Below, in pieces: positions 38,647 to 48,330 of a DNA stretch of 64,000 nucleotides. Below the pieces are notes generated by a model. That model had not been told where the DNA came from. It did no database searches and worked only from the letters and a program-made list of their open reading frames with translations. Source of the stretch: Nitrososphaeria archaeon (lineage in GTDB: Archaea > Thermoproteota > Nitrososphaeria > JACIWG01); assembly GCA_050011875.1 (NCBI GenBank), contig JBEKIG010000001.1, positions 70,167-134,166 on the forward strand. Reading direction: 5' to 3'. Numbering within the stretch: position 1 is the first letter of the stretch; every line of letters begins with the position of its first letter. The translations under genes and the position numbers were made by a program.

Positions 38647-39702
38647 ATGGAAGTATTTCCTATTTACTTCTCAAATTGCAAAATGTTATTTAAGCATTTA
38701 CCTGTGGTAGATTTGTTGGGTAATCCTGTAAACCAGAAAAACACAGTGGAAAAACTCTTTAGCATAGTGGTTATCATCTTGTTACTCTTGGTTATAGCAA
38801 CCATGATGTTATCGTTTATCCTAGGCCCATATGTCATATTCAATACAGACGTTGGTCAACAGGTGCAAGGTGAAGTACAAGAATATTATATATTTATCTT
38901 AGGTGGGCTGTTGGCCTTACCCTTCACAGTTGGCATTCAGCAACAGTTTGTTTTCGAGTGGGTCATATGTCTCTCAATATTTACAATTCTTGTATTCTCA
39001 GGTAAGGAGAATTTATTGGAGTCTTTAAAGGAAGCTTACGCAAATGGAACTAAGAAGCTCTTCGGCAATGATCTATCAGCAGCAACTTTAATCTTCGCTG
39101 TCTCAATCGCCATCGTACTTGTAATTGACACGTTACAAAATCAGATAGGAATATCCAGCGGGTTGCCACCCACAACACCAACAAATCCCGCAGAATTCCT
39201 AACCCTAGTCTCATGGGCTCCGATATCAGAGGAGATAGGTTTTCGGCTGTCAATAATAGGATTGTTCTCTCTACTGTCAATCCAAGGGTGGCGAGTCAAA
39301 ATTCCCATCATAGAATATCTAATTGCTCCTGTGCCAACACTAAGAAAAATAATTAATACGGAAGATGGTAAAAGGAGAGTGAGAAATCTGTTCATAACCT
39401 TAATCATATCTTCAGCCCTGCTATTTGGCTTTTTACACGTCACCTCCGGATGGGGAATAGGAAAATTTAGTGAAGCGACTGCTGCGGGTGTTATGCTCGG
39501 CATAGCTTACTCTTACTACGGTATTGGAGCTGCAATATTGGTCCACTGGGGTTTTAACTATTATCTAACTGCAATTCCTTTTTTTGAGGAGCAAGTTTCT
39601 AACCTTGGTCTTTCATCTTTCGTCGAAATCGTTGTTTTAGCGTTGGGTATAGTCATAATAATTTATTACGCTTCAAATTTCCTGATTCATAGAATTAGGT
39701 AA
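38647..39702 (+). CDS. CPBP family intramembrane metalloprotease (second paralog)
   Basis: EEIGFRLSIIGLF, FGFLHV and HWGFN motifs in a polytopic membrane protein. Confidence 0.7.
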   Translation: MEVFPIYFSNCKMLFKHLPVVDLLGNPVNQKNTVEKLFSIVVIILLLLVIATMMLSFILGPYVIFNTDVGQQVQGEVQEYYIFILGGLLALPFTVGIQQQFVFEWVICLSIFTILVFSGKENLLESLKEAYANGTKKLFGNDLSAATLIFAVSIAIVLVIDTLQNQIGISSGLPPTTPTNPAEFLTLVSWAPISEEIGFRLSIIGLFSLLSIQGWRVKIPIIEYLIAPVPTLRKIINTEDGKRRVRNLFITLIISSALLFGFLHVTSGWGIGKFSEATAAGVMLGIAYSYYGIGAAILVHWGFNYYLTAIPFFEEQVSNLGLSSFVEIVVLALGIVIIIYYASNFLIHRIR

Positions 39703-39742
39703 TAGTTTATATCAGCTACACCTTGTATTCTTAGGGACACAA

Positions 39743-40237
39743 ATGAGCATATTAGGAAAAAGTGAAATCGTTAAGTTACAGGAGAAGTATAGAATATTAT
39801 ATCCCTTCAACGATCAGCTTTTGGACGGAGACGGATATATATTGACGGTTAGAAATAGTGTTGTTTTAAATTATCTTGAACACAAGAACTTGATCTCGAG
39901 AGAAATAATCATGCTTCCAACAGACATCGTCGCGCACCTTACAGCGAAAAGTAGATTTGGCAGGCTAGGCCTTTCTTTCCTTAACGCAGCAAAAGTTCAC
40001 AGCGGGTTCGTGGGAAGATTGGCGTTGGAGATGGTAAACCTATCAAATGAGAGGGCGCCCATAACTATAAGACGGAACGACCCCTTTATGCATATTGAAT
40101 TCCTTCAGCGCCTAGGAGAGCCCGATCCTTACAACGGAGAATATCAATTTCAATTCATGACATCGAAAGAAGTAGATGAGACGGTTCCCTTTCTAAAAAA
40201 GATTTTCCCAGATTTTAAGAGCCATCCTAAAAAATAA
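39743..40237 (+). CDS. dCTP deaminase / dUTPase-fold protein (short Dcd-like paralog)
   Basis: Pattern match to dCTP deaminase: LYPFNDQLLDGDGYIL, AKSRFGRLGL, HSGFVGRLALE, PYNGEYQFQ. Confidence 0.55.
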   Translation: MSILGKSEIVKLQEKYRILYPFNDQLLDGDGYILTVRNSVVLNYLEHKNLISREIIMLPTDIVAHLTAKSRFGRLGLSFLNAAKVHSGFVGRLALEMVNLSNERAPITIRRNDPFMHIEFLQRLGEPDPYNGEYQFQFMTSKEVDETVPFLKKIFPDFKSHPKK

Positions 40238-40430
40238 AATGGGATAATATAGTAGAAACTGTTTTATCGACTGTCCTAGAATATTTCTAACAGTTAATAT
40301 ATGCCCTACGATTTTCTACAACGCTTAATGCACTAAAGGTCTCTTCTTCTATCTATTTTTCTTTCTTCTAAGAAGGATGTGTCGTTAGTCGGCTTTTTTT
40401 CCATCTACTTTAGCAACCGGTACGATCTGT

Positions 40431-41384
40431 CTATTCGACAATTTTCAATTCTTCAGGCGTTAGAATGTTCCTTAATCCCTTGTACCTGTTTCTTATAGTG
40501 ACTTCAGTGACTCCTGCTGCTTCTGCGACATCTTTTTGGGTTTTATTTTCTCCTTCAAGAACGCATGACACATAAAGTGCCGCTGCAGCCAAACCCATCG
40601 GATCTTTTCCGGCAGAAGATAGGCTTTCCTTGGTTCTTGTAATAATATCAATCGCTCTCCTCTTTGTCTTTTCAGATAATCCAGCTGCGCTTGCGATCCT
40701 TGATACGGTCTTTAGTGGATCGGCTACCGGCATCTTTTTTTCCAACTCTCTAACAAGTAAGCGATAGCAACGTGCGATATCCTTCTTTTTGATGTTACTC
40801 GCTGCGCTGACATCTTTCAATGTACGCGGAGTCTCTGTTTCACGACATGCAGCGTAAAGGGAGGCTGCAATAAGAGCAGAAATTGAACGACCCCTAACAA
40901 GACCTTTATCAAGTGCCTGCCTATAAATGTAAGCTGCTCTTTCAACGACCGCATCGCCGACACTAAGTTTATCCGCTAACCTATCGAGCTCACTGAATGC
41001 CTGTCTTAGGTTGCGATCGACAGGTTCATGAACTTGGCTTCTACCGTCCCATGTTCGCAACCTATCGAATGTTGTCTTCATCGCTGATGAAATGCTCTTG
41101 CCAGAAGCGTCCTTGTCTATCTGACTGATTATCGTAGATAAGCCCATGTCGTGCATGGCTAATGAAGATGGCACACCTGTCCTACTACGGCTTTCTTTCT
41201 CTTCTTTAGAGAAAGCTCTCCATTCAGGACCAGCTTCTTCAATTTTCTCCTTTATTACGAAACCGCAGTGACTGCAGAATATTTCACCTCTCGCATTGTC
41301 CAGAATCAATTTAGTACGATTACATCGTGGGCATTTTTCTGTAAGATAAGTAAGGCTTCCCCCAGTAGATTTATCTTCGCTCAT
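40431..41384 (-). CDS. tfb: Transcription initiation factor TFB (TFIIB)
   Basis: N-terminal Zn ribbon CPRCNRT...CSHCG, B-reader and two cyclin repeats. Length is 317 aa. Confidence 0.9.
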   Translation of the reverse strand: MSEDKSTGGSLTYLTEKCPRCNRTKLILDNARGEIFCSHCGFVIKEKIEEAGPEWRAFSKEEKESRSRTGVPSSLAMHDMGLSTIISQIDKDASGKSISSAMKTTFDRLRTWDGRSQVHEPVDRNLRQAFSELDRLADKLSVGDAVVERAAYIYRQALDKGLVRGRSISALIAASLYAACRETETPRTLKDVSAASNIKKKDIARCYRLLVRELEKKMPVADPLKTVSRIASAAGLSEKTKRRAIDIITRTKESLSSAGKDPMGLAAAALYVSCVLEGENKTQKDVAEAAGVTEVTIRNRYKGLRNILTPEELKIVE

Positions 41385-41496
41385 AACTTTTCACCAAACT
41401 TTATATCTATCAATACGCTAAAATAGGTAATATATAAATTTTTTTATAATTATGATTAAATAAAACTTTTTTTGTCACACAATTCTTACTTAAAAT

Positions 41497-42519
41497 GTGG
41501 GAGGCATGTCAGAGGACATAAGGGATTATGTCATTACCAATTTTGCAGAGAACCCTTCCATTCTAGTGGGATGTAGGATTGAAAAATGGAGTTGGCCAGT
41601 CTGTGGATATGATGTCATAGTCTTCACGAATAACGTAAAAAACTATCATTTAGTGACTGTGTCAGAGGATATTTTAAACATATACTGCCACTCACTAGAG
41701 GAAATTGATAGCAAGAAGAACCAAGAACTTGATATAATATTATCAAATGCCGTAATAATAAACGACCCGAACCTATCACTGGCCGCATGCAAAGAAAAGC
41801 TCTTGAAAAGAAAGAACGAATTATATTTGGAAGCTTTTGAAGAACACTTGCTGAAGCTTTTAAAAAATTTGACATATTCCGAGGAGGCATATAACTTTGG
41901 CGCTTATGCTTCATCTGCTTTTTGGATTCTGACAGTCGGTTACGATACAGCAGCAGCAATCAATCTTCTTAACAGGACCCTAACTTCACCATCTCACCTA
42001 ATGCAACAAGTTCGTGAAAACCCCCTTTTTAAGGGGACAAATTTCTTCGTCGATATAGCTGGATTTCTTGCGTTAGAACACGCTACAACCGCTTCATCAA
42101 AAAGAGTGTTCTCGCTTCTTGAAACTTTTAAGAAGCTTGCCGATTTTTATAAGTTCGAAGATCTTCCGCCAACAGAATTTCCTAGAACAAAAATACTCTT
42201 ATCGAATATTAGAATGGAAGAAGTAGCACGCAAGTGTGATTTTGCAAATTCACAGAACATGCCACTTAATGCTTATGTAGCTTCTATAAAATGGTTCATC
42301 GACTCTACTGTCGAATTATACCTGATGATCTGTTCGATGGAGAACACTTCACAGTTTAAACCAAGGATCATTGAAGAACTTGAAAAAAGGAGAAACATAA
42401 TGGGTGGAGGTGTGAGCATTTCTAATCCAATATTATTAGAAATGAACCCGTCCATATTGAGAAAAAAAATTGATGAAGCTAAGAGGATACTTTATTGGCT
42501 AAGGAGAAACAAAATTTAG
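41497..42519 (+). CDS. Hypothetical protein, possible minimal nucleotidyltransferase-fold N-terminus plus helical domain
   Basis: N-terminus VGCRIEKWS...GYDVIVF weakly resembles a Pol-beta-type NTase core. The remaining 250 aa are helical. Speculative. Confidence 0.35.
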   Translation: MGGMSEDIRDYVITNFAENPSILVGCRIEKWSWPVCGYDVIVFTNNVKNYHLVTVSEDILNIYCHSLEEIDSKKNQELDIILSNAVIINDPNLSLAACKEKLLKRKNELYLEAFEEHLLKLLKNLTYSEEAYNFGAYASSAFWILTVGYDTAAAINLLNRTLTSPSHLMQQVRENPLFKGTNFFVDIAGFLALEHATTASSKRVFSLLETFKKLADFYKFEDLPPTEFPRTKILLSNIRMEEVARKCDFANSQNMPLNAYVASIKWFIDSTVELYLMICSMENTSQFKPRIIEELEKRRNIMGGGVSISNPILLEMNPSILRKKIDEAKRILYWLRRNKI

Positions 42520-42998
42520 AGCTTGTAACCTATTTTTCTTAGAAATTCTTTTCTCTCTTTTCTATTCTCCTCAGATTCGATCCCAAGCGGAGTGGAGCCG
42601 TCAATAACACCTAAAATGCCCCGACCCTGGTCTGTTTCAGCGACTATTACCTGCAGCTGGTTTGCTGTGGCAGCAAAAATACTGCATACTTCATACACGT
42701 TCTTTATTTTTTCTAGTACGTTGATAGGATAAGCGTTCTTAAGATAAATTATAAATGTATGTCCGCAAGATAGTTCTAAAGCATTTTTACTGGCTAAAGC
42801 TAAAAGATTTTCATCGTTTCCTTCACACCTGATTAATCTCTTACCTGAAGCCTCGCAAAAGGCTAGCGCAAACCTAATATCAGGAACACTGTTGATCAGA
42901 GCTTCGTAAATATCCTCGACCGATTTTATAAAATGCGTGGCGCCCAAAATTACGTTTAAACCTTCAGGAACATCTATTCTCACAACTTTTAATTCCAT
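42516..42998 (-). CDS. Conserved archaeal small protein, possibly adenosine-specific-kinase-like (PF04008) family
   Basis: 160-aa size and overall pattern ([17 protein letters not shown]). The family assignment is from memory and uncertain. It overlaps the upstream convergent ORF by 4 nt. Confidence 0.35.
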   Translation of the reverse strand: MELKVVRIDVPEGLNVILGATHFIKSVEDIYEALINSVPDIRFALAFCEASGKRLIRCEGNDENLLALASKNALELSCGHTFIIYLKNAYPINVLEKIKNVYEVCSIFAATANQLQVIVAETDQGRGILGVIDGSTPLGIESEENRKERKEFLRKIGYKL

Positions 42999-43165
42999 CG
43001 TTCCAATTTATGGAGAAATTAAAGAAATAAGTCTTTTGCTTCAGTGACTTATTAATCGTAAATTAATATGAAGGGTATGTTGGAAATATTTGTTAATCTT
43101 GGATTAAACCACTTACCTGATAAAATAAAGATTTATGCGGCGTTAAAGCCTGAGCCTTAAAATTC

Positions 43166-44119
43166 TCATTTAAGAAAGGAATTTATGACGTTGATCCATG
43201 CTTGTGAGGTTGTTATATTATTATATCCTCCACCTCCTACAGCGAGGGGGCCGTAACACTTTTTTTCTATAGATAGCTTTTTTAGAAAATCTGCAACATC
43301 AGCGTGAACTTTCGGTGTGAGGTTTAAATGGGTTAGAGGGTCGCCTTTTAAGGAGTCGCCACCGCACTGAAAAATGATGAATTCTGGGTTGATATTTGAT
43401 ATGAAATCTATTGCTTTTTCAAATTTAGAGTAGAAAACTTTGTCATCAGATCCTGCAGGTAAAACTATGTTTAACTTTGTCCCAACGGCGGCTCCTTCAC
43501 CTCTCTCCTCTTCTTTACCAGTACCTGGATAGAGAGTGCGCCAATCTTCGTGAACATCAACTATCCAGACATTTTTATCCTCCAAGAATTCATAAAATAC
43601 ACCGTCCCCATGATGTGCATCAATATCGACATAGAGAAAAGATTCTATGGAGTACTTTTTGCGCAAATATTCAATAACAACGCCGACGTCGTTGAAGACA
43701 CAAAAACCAGCAGCTGAATCCCTCTTTGCATGATGCAGTCCCCCCATGGGGTTAAATGCTGTTCTAACTTCTTTTCTCATAATCAGTTCTGCACATTCGA
43801 TTGACGTTCCAACAACGTATTCTGATGCATCAAAAACACCTTTGTAGGCAGGTGTATCACCATAGTCTAGATAACCGTAGCCATTGATAGATGCTTTTCT
43901 GACATATTCGATATAATCTTTAGTATGGAAAAGCCCTATAATATTCTCGTCAGCCATTACAGGTGCTACAAGCATGAGATCGTCCATTTTAGGACTATCT
44001 TTGAACTCGCTATCGAACGTTCGATAAAAGACTCTTATCCTATTGAAGTTCATGGGATGGTCTAAACCAAAAGAATATTGAAGTAGGGCATCACCATACG
44101 CGACTCCAACTTTTCTCAT
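43166..44119 (-). CDS. Histone deacetylase-family amidohydrolase (AcuC/HDAC-like)
   Basis: VDIDAHHGDGV zinc-site motif, preceded by the GFCVFNDV HDAC signature and the catalytic HH dyad. Confidence 0.8.
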   Translation of the reverse strand: MRKVGVAYGDALLQYSFGLDHPMNFNRIRVFYRTFDSEFKDSPKMDDLMLVAPVMADENIIGLFHTKDYIEYVRKASINGYGYLDYGDTPAYKGVFDASEYVVGTSIECAELIMRKEVRTAFNPMGGLHHAKRDSAAGFCVFNDVGVVIEYLRKKYSIESFLYVDIDAHHGDGVFYEFLEDKNVWIVDVHEDWRTLYPGTGKEEERGEGAAVGTKLNIVLPAGSDDKVFYSKFEKAIDFISNINPEFIIFQCGGDSLKGDPLTHLNLTPKVHADVADFLKKLSIEKKCYGPLAVGGGGYNNITTSQAWINVINSFLK

Positions 44120-44196
44120 ACATGAGTATATTGTTTAAAGGAATTTAACGATTTTCATAATCTTGAAAAAAAGAAGTGTATTAGCGTTAGGTTAAT

Positions 44197-44829
44197 CTAA
44201 CTGGATCCTTTATAGTTAAGTATTTTGACAATTTTTTCCCTGTCCCCGAAGTTCTTTAACCGCATGAATGAATACAGTTCTGGATCAGAAATTTTGAGTT
44301 CATTTTCCACAGAAAGATAAAGGATATCATTAAACAAGTCTATAAAACCGGATGAATAATCTTTAAACATTTTAATTTTTAAAACCTTCTTCAAAGCCAA
44401 GGTCTTAAATGATGCCAGGAATTGATCAACACTTTTATCATTCCATCTAGGGATTGCGCATTCAAAATTGCCTATGTTGTAGCCAATTGTGTAGAGAACG
44501 CTCGGTTTAAGCAGAGGTCTGTCCCCACTGACGATGAAGATTATAGGGGTATCGACATATTCCAAAGATGTACCAAGCATTTCTAAGAAAGGTTTGTCCT
44601 TATTCATTATTATACGTGCGCCAAAAGGATTTATCCTCTCTAAAATCTCAAACGGGGGATCAATAGATGAAATAACAAGTGTGCTGTCGAATACCGTCCA
44701 GAGAGCGTCTAACATGTATTCAAGCACCGATGAATCCGAGGTTGTACTGTAGAAACGATTGGGCAAAGGCAAATATGTTAATTCGTTAGCTATGATTATA
44801 CTTGTTACTCTAGATACATTTGTACTCAA
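44197..44829 (-). CDS. Hypothetical protein, possible MobA-like nucleotidyltransferase fold
   Basis: The IIIANELTYLP ... IFIVSGDRPLLKP spacing is reminiscent of the NTP_transf_3 family, but the glycine-rich loop is not evident. Weak. Confidence 0.3.
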   Translation of the reverse strand: MSTNVSRVTSIIIANELTYLPLPNRFYSTTSDSSVLEYMLDALWTVFDSTLVISSIDPPFEILERINPFGARIIMNKDKPFLEMLGTSLEYVDTPIIFIVSGDRPLLKPSVLYTIGYNIGNFECAIPRWNDKSVDQFLASFKTLALKKVLKIKMFKDYSSGFIDLFNDILYLSVENELKISDPELYSFMRLKNFGDREKIVKILNYKGSS

Positions 44830-44881
44830 GAAATCACTTAGTAGACGACAATAACATTTCTAATATTATTAAGCTTTACTT

Positions 44882-45682
44882 CTAATTGTTAAACCCGAAC
44901 TTTAGTACATTGCCATCTCTAATATGAAAATATTTTGACGCATTACCTGCACTTACAGATATTTCTAAGCATTCAAAACTATCAAATAATGCAAGTGGAG
45001 AGCCTTCATTGACCATTGAATATGATTCTACAAGTGGTAGTCTGTATGATCTAGAACCAAAAAACAGTCTGACATAATTTGCGCTATCTAAACGAGATTC
45101 ACAAAGGAAGTTGTGAGTAACATTAGTAACGATATTACCGAAGGCATCGACAAATGCCACTTCAGCTACGACAAGATCTCCTTCAAAATATGGTTCGCAA
45201 AGGACCATAGGCTCTATGGAATTGATTTTTGGACCCAACCTGGTGATTGGAAGACCCTTTGAAACATATCCTGCAACAGGAGCAAAGACCTCCCTCCCAT
45301 GAAAAGTCTTGGATAAATTATTCAGTATATATCTCGAATTTTCTATAACAACGGCGGCATCGATTACATCTTCACGTATAGCGGGGGACATAAGACCATT
45401 ATCAGGGCCAATGAAAAAATAGTTACTTGTCTTTACCGCGATAGCCCTTCTATCAGAACCTACTCCGGGATCAACAACACAAATGAATATAGAATTTTTT
45501 GGGAAAAACTTGTATGCTGATTTTAAGAGGAAAGCACCCTGTTTTACGTTCTGAGGAAATACGACATTTGAAAGGTCAACGATGGTTGCATTAGGATTTT
45601 TTCCTAAGATAACACCCTTCACTTCTCCGATATAAATGCTGTTGCCTCCAAAATCCGTGAGAAGAGCTATGATCCTTTTCAT
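44882..45682 (-). CDS. S-adenosyl-L-methionine hydroxide adenosyltransferase (SAM hydrolase, DUF62 / fluorinase-like fold)
   Basis: N-terminus LLTDFG and the VVDPGVGSDRRAI motif characteristic of the family. Length is 266 aa. Confidence 0.75.
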   Translation of the reverse strand: MKRIIALLTDFGGNSIYIGEVKGVILGKNPNATIVDLSNVVFPQNVKQGAFLLKSAYKFFPKNSIFICVVDPGVGSDRRAIAVKTSNYFFIGPDNGLMSPAIREDVIDAAVVIENSRYILNNLSKTFHGREVFAPVAGYVSKGLPITRLGPKINSIEPMVLCEPYFEGDLVVAEVAFVDAFGNIVTNVTHNFLCESRLDSANYVRLFFGSRSYRLPLVESYSMVNEGSPLALFDSFECLEISVSAGNASKYFHIRDGNVLKFGFNN

Positions 45683-45728
45683 TTAAATTAATTCTTTTAC
45701 CTTCCTTATTAAAGGATTACTTAGCTTC

Positions 45729-46445
45729 TCAAGATAGCTTGTAATATACCCTTTTTCTTCCCTTACCTTTGTTTTCGACTTTTTCTATAGTTATACCTAC
45801 AATCTCTTTGATGTTTGCCACGTGTGGACCACCATCTGCTTGAACGTCAACGTCAGGAATTTCCACGATCCTTAACATATTAATGTTTGGTGGTGCACGC
45901 TGTGCAAGTTTTACTATCCCAGGAATCTCCAATGCTTTTTCTCGCGATAGAAAATATATTTTTACTTCCGCACCCCTACTAATAATTACGTTCGTTTCCC
46001 TTACTGCTTCATCAAAAACCGATTTATCTGACGATTCTAGGTTAAAGTCATCTTTTGCATGCTCAGCGTCTATGTGCCCACCTGTAACGTATACACCATA
46101 TTTTTTGAAAAGAATAGATGAAAGAATGTGAGCTGCAGTATGCAACTTCATAAGTTTATACCTTCTTTCCCAGTCAATGGATCCTGTCAAATTTTCGCCT
46201 ATTTTGATCTTTGGAACCCCTTCAATATTGTGTAAAACGTTTCCCGTCACTTTGTCTTCTGTGACTTGTACGATTCTATAGGTTTCAGATGTTGTGCTAA
46301 TAGAACCTAGGTCACAGTCTACACCACCCGTTAGAGGATGGAATGCTGTTCTATCTAAAACAACTTTATTTTCTTGAACATCCAATACATTGGCGTTAAA
46401 CTCCTTAAGATAGCTGTCCTTCTGAAACAATAATTCTGTTAACAC
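45729..46445 (-). CDS. alaX: Alanyl-tRNA editing protein AlaX (AlaX-M type)
   Basis: Zn-binding HTAAHIL (HxxxH) and GGPHV (CxxxH-equivalent) motifs. Length is 238 aa. Confidence 0.75.
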   Translation of the reverse strand: MLTELLFQKDSYLKEFNANVLDVQENKVVLDRTAFHPLTGGVDCDLGSISTTSETYRIVQVTEDKVTGNVLHNIEGVPKIKIGENLTGSIDWERRYKLMKLHTAAHILSSILFKKYGVYVTGGHIDAEHAKDDFNLESSDKSVFDEAVRETNVIISRGAEVKIYFLSREKALEIPGIVKLAQRAPPNINMLRIVEIPDVDVQADGGPHVANIKEIVGITIEKVENKGKGRKRVYYKLS

Positions 46446-46555
46446 TTCTCACTCCAAAAAGAAAAACAAGAACAAGATATAAACTTAGTTTGCTCTATAT
46501 CGAAGTAACAACTTTAATTTTAATTTTTTTACATTTTAGAAATATATTCGTCTGC

Positions 46556-47470
46556 TTAAATAGCAGCCTTAGCGCCCTCGCCTATGCTGATAGAAATCTG
46601 TCCCCAAGGTCTGTCTCTATTATGAACTGCACAGTCACCAGCGGCAAAAATCCCCTTGATGGATGTCATCATTTCTCCATCGACTTTAATAAAACCTTGT
46701 TTGTCTTTTTCCACCTCAAACACTTCAGTACAAGGTGTCACCCCTATGTAAACAAAAACACCGTTCACGTTTAGCGTTAACTGCTGCTCTTCTGTATTTT
46801 TTCTGTTTAAGGTGAGGCTTTCGACTTTTTTTGAACCGTTCACTGAAATAACATCTGTAGACCAAAGAAATTTGATATTTTTCATCTGAAAAGCTTTCTT
46901 CTGTAACGTCTTCTCGGCTCTTAAACTGTCTCGTCTATGTATGACATAAACCTTCTTAACTAGACGCGAGAGATAAATAGCTTCTTTTACGGCCCTGTCG
47001 CCACCGCCTACAACCGCAACGGTACCACCTTTAAAAAATTGAGCGTCGCAAAGGGCGCAGTAAGATATTCCTTTGCCAATGAACTCTTGCCCACCTGTGA
47101 TCATCAATTTTTTAGGTTTTGTTCCAGTAGCTATTATAACAGTTTTACCACTGTATTCAATGCCATCGGTAACGATTATTTTGCGCTTCCCTTTATTTAC
47201 TATACGCTGAACCTCCTTTATTTCAATGGGAACATCGTATGCCATAACATGGTCTACAAGTTTTTGGGCAAGATCTTGGCCAGAAATTTTTTTGAACCCT
47301 GGATAATTTTCTATTATATCTGTAACAACAACCTGCCCCCCAAGTCCAAGCTTATCGATTATTATACAGCTCCGCACACTTCGTGCCGCGTAAAGAGCGG
47401 CGACGAGTCCTGCAGGCCCTGCGCCGATAATTATAATATCAAATTCCCTTATCATCTTTTCTTCTAACAT
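46556..47470 (-). CDS. trxB: Thioredoxin-disulfide reductase
   Basis: FAD motif IIIIGAGPAG, redox-active CALCDA, and the NAD(P) motif GGGDRA (VAVVGGGDRAVKEA). Length is 304 aa. Confidence 0.85.
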   Translation of the reverse strand: MLEEKMIREFDIIIIGAGPAGLVAALYAARSVRSCIIIDKLGLGGQVVVTDIIENYPGFKKISGQDLAQKLVDHVMAYDVPIEIKEVQRIVNKGKRKIIVTDGIEYSGKTVIIATGTKPKKLMITGGQEFIGKGISYCALCDAQFFKGGTVAVVGGGDRAVKEAIYLSRLVKKVYVIHRRDSLRAEKTLQKKAFQMKNIKFLWSTDVISVNGSKKVESLTLNRKNTEEQQLTLNVNGVFVYIGVTPCTEVFEVEKDKQGFIKVDGEMMTSIKGIFAAGDCAVHNRDRPWGQISISIGEGAKAAI

Positions 47471-47589
47471 ACAACATTATTTGTTTGAATTATCATTTAA
47501 CTCTTTCCACTACAAAGAAAATTATAATAGAAATCAATATTCCGCCTACGATAAAAGTTGGTTGCGATAACATAAATCATCTAACAATA

Positions 47590-48107
47590 GCAGTCTCCAT
47601 TAGATTACGCCATCTTTTTCGAATGATTCTACAAGTTTTACTTCTTTAAGTTCGCTGAATATCCTGTAAAGGTTAGATAAATGTTCATCAAAAGTCTTAT
47701 CTACATGAGAAGGACTTTGCGATCCACCCCCCTAATGCAATCATAAAATGTGATCGCAATTTTCCACCTACAGCTTCAAAAATGTTTGATAGAGCATCTT
47801 TCAAGTTTTCCAACGAGTGCCCTACCCAGAATTTATTAAGTACACAAATTTAAGCTTAGTGTAAACCTTAAGTTTATGCACCAAACTTGGAAAACTAAAG
47901 AGACAGAGACAGTTAACTCTGTATACCTCTAATAATGAGGCAATCTTTCTCTGAAATCTTTACAGAATCTGATGACACATTATCACAGATTCTTACTTGT
48001 GCGTTCAGAATAAGCGCAAAAGGCGTTCTTTCAGTTGTTCCACCAATCGCTAAATTAGCCATAAAAGTTAAATCATCAATAACGTTTATGAAAGTTATTT
48101 TTAACAA
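47590..48107 (-). pseudogene. Decayed gene remnants (fragmented reading frames without start codon, at least one frameshift)
   Basis: The minus strand encodes the protein-like runs FWVGHSLENLKDALSNIFEAVGGKLRSHFMIALGGWIAKS and, one frame over, PSHVDKTFDEHLSNLYRIFSELKEVKLVESFEKDGVI, plus an upstream 64-aa piece. There is no intact ORF in this 860-bp gap. Confidence 0.3.
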
Positions 48108-48330
48108 CTTACCAAAATAGGTGATTACAAGGGCATTTAACGAATCTTGTGATAACTAATTCTTCATAAAGGCGAACGAAATTTTAAACTTGCTCAAACT
48201 CATTAAATAAGAGAAAAACAGATTTTCTGGACAGTAACCATTAAAAGTATTAAACATACATTTCGCATCGTCTTACAACTCTAGCAAAATTTTTTAATGA
48301 GAACAAGCATGCTCAGTTGAGAAAGGCAGC

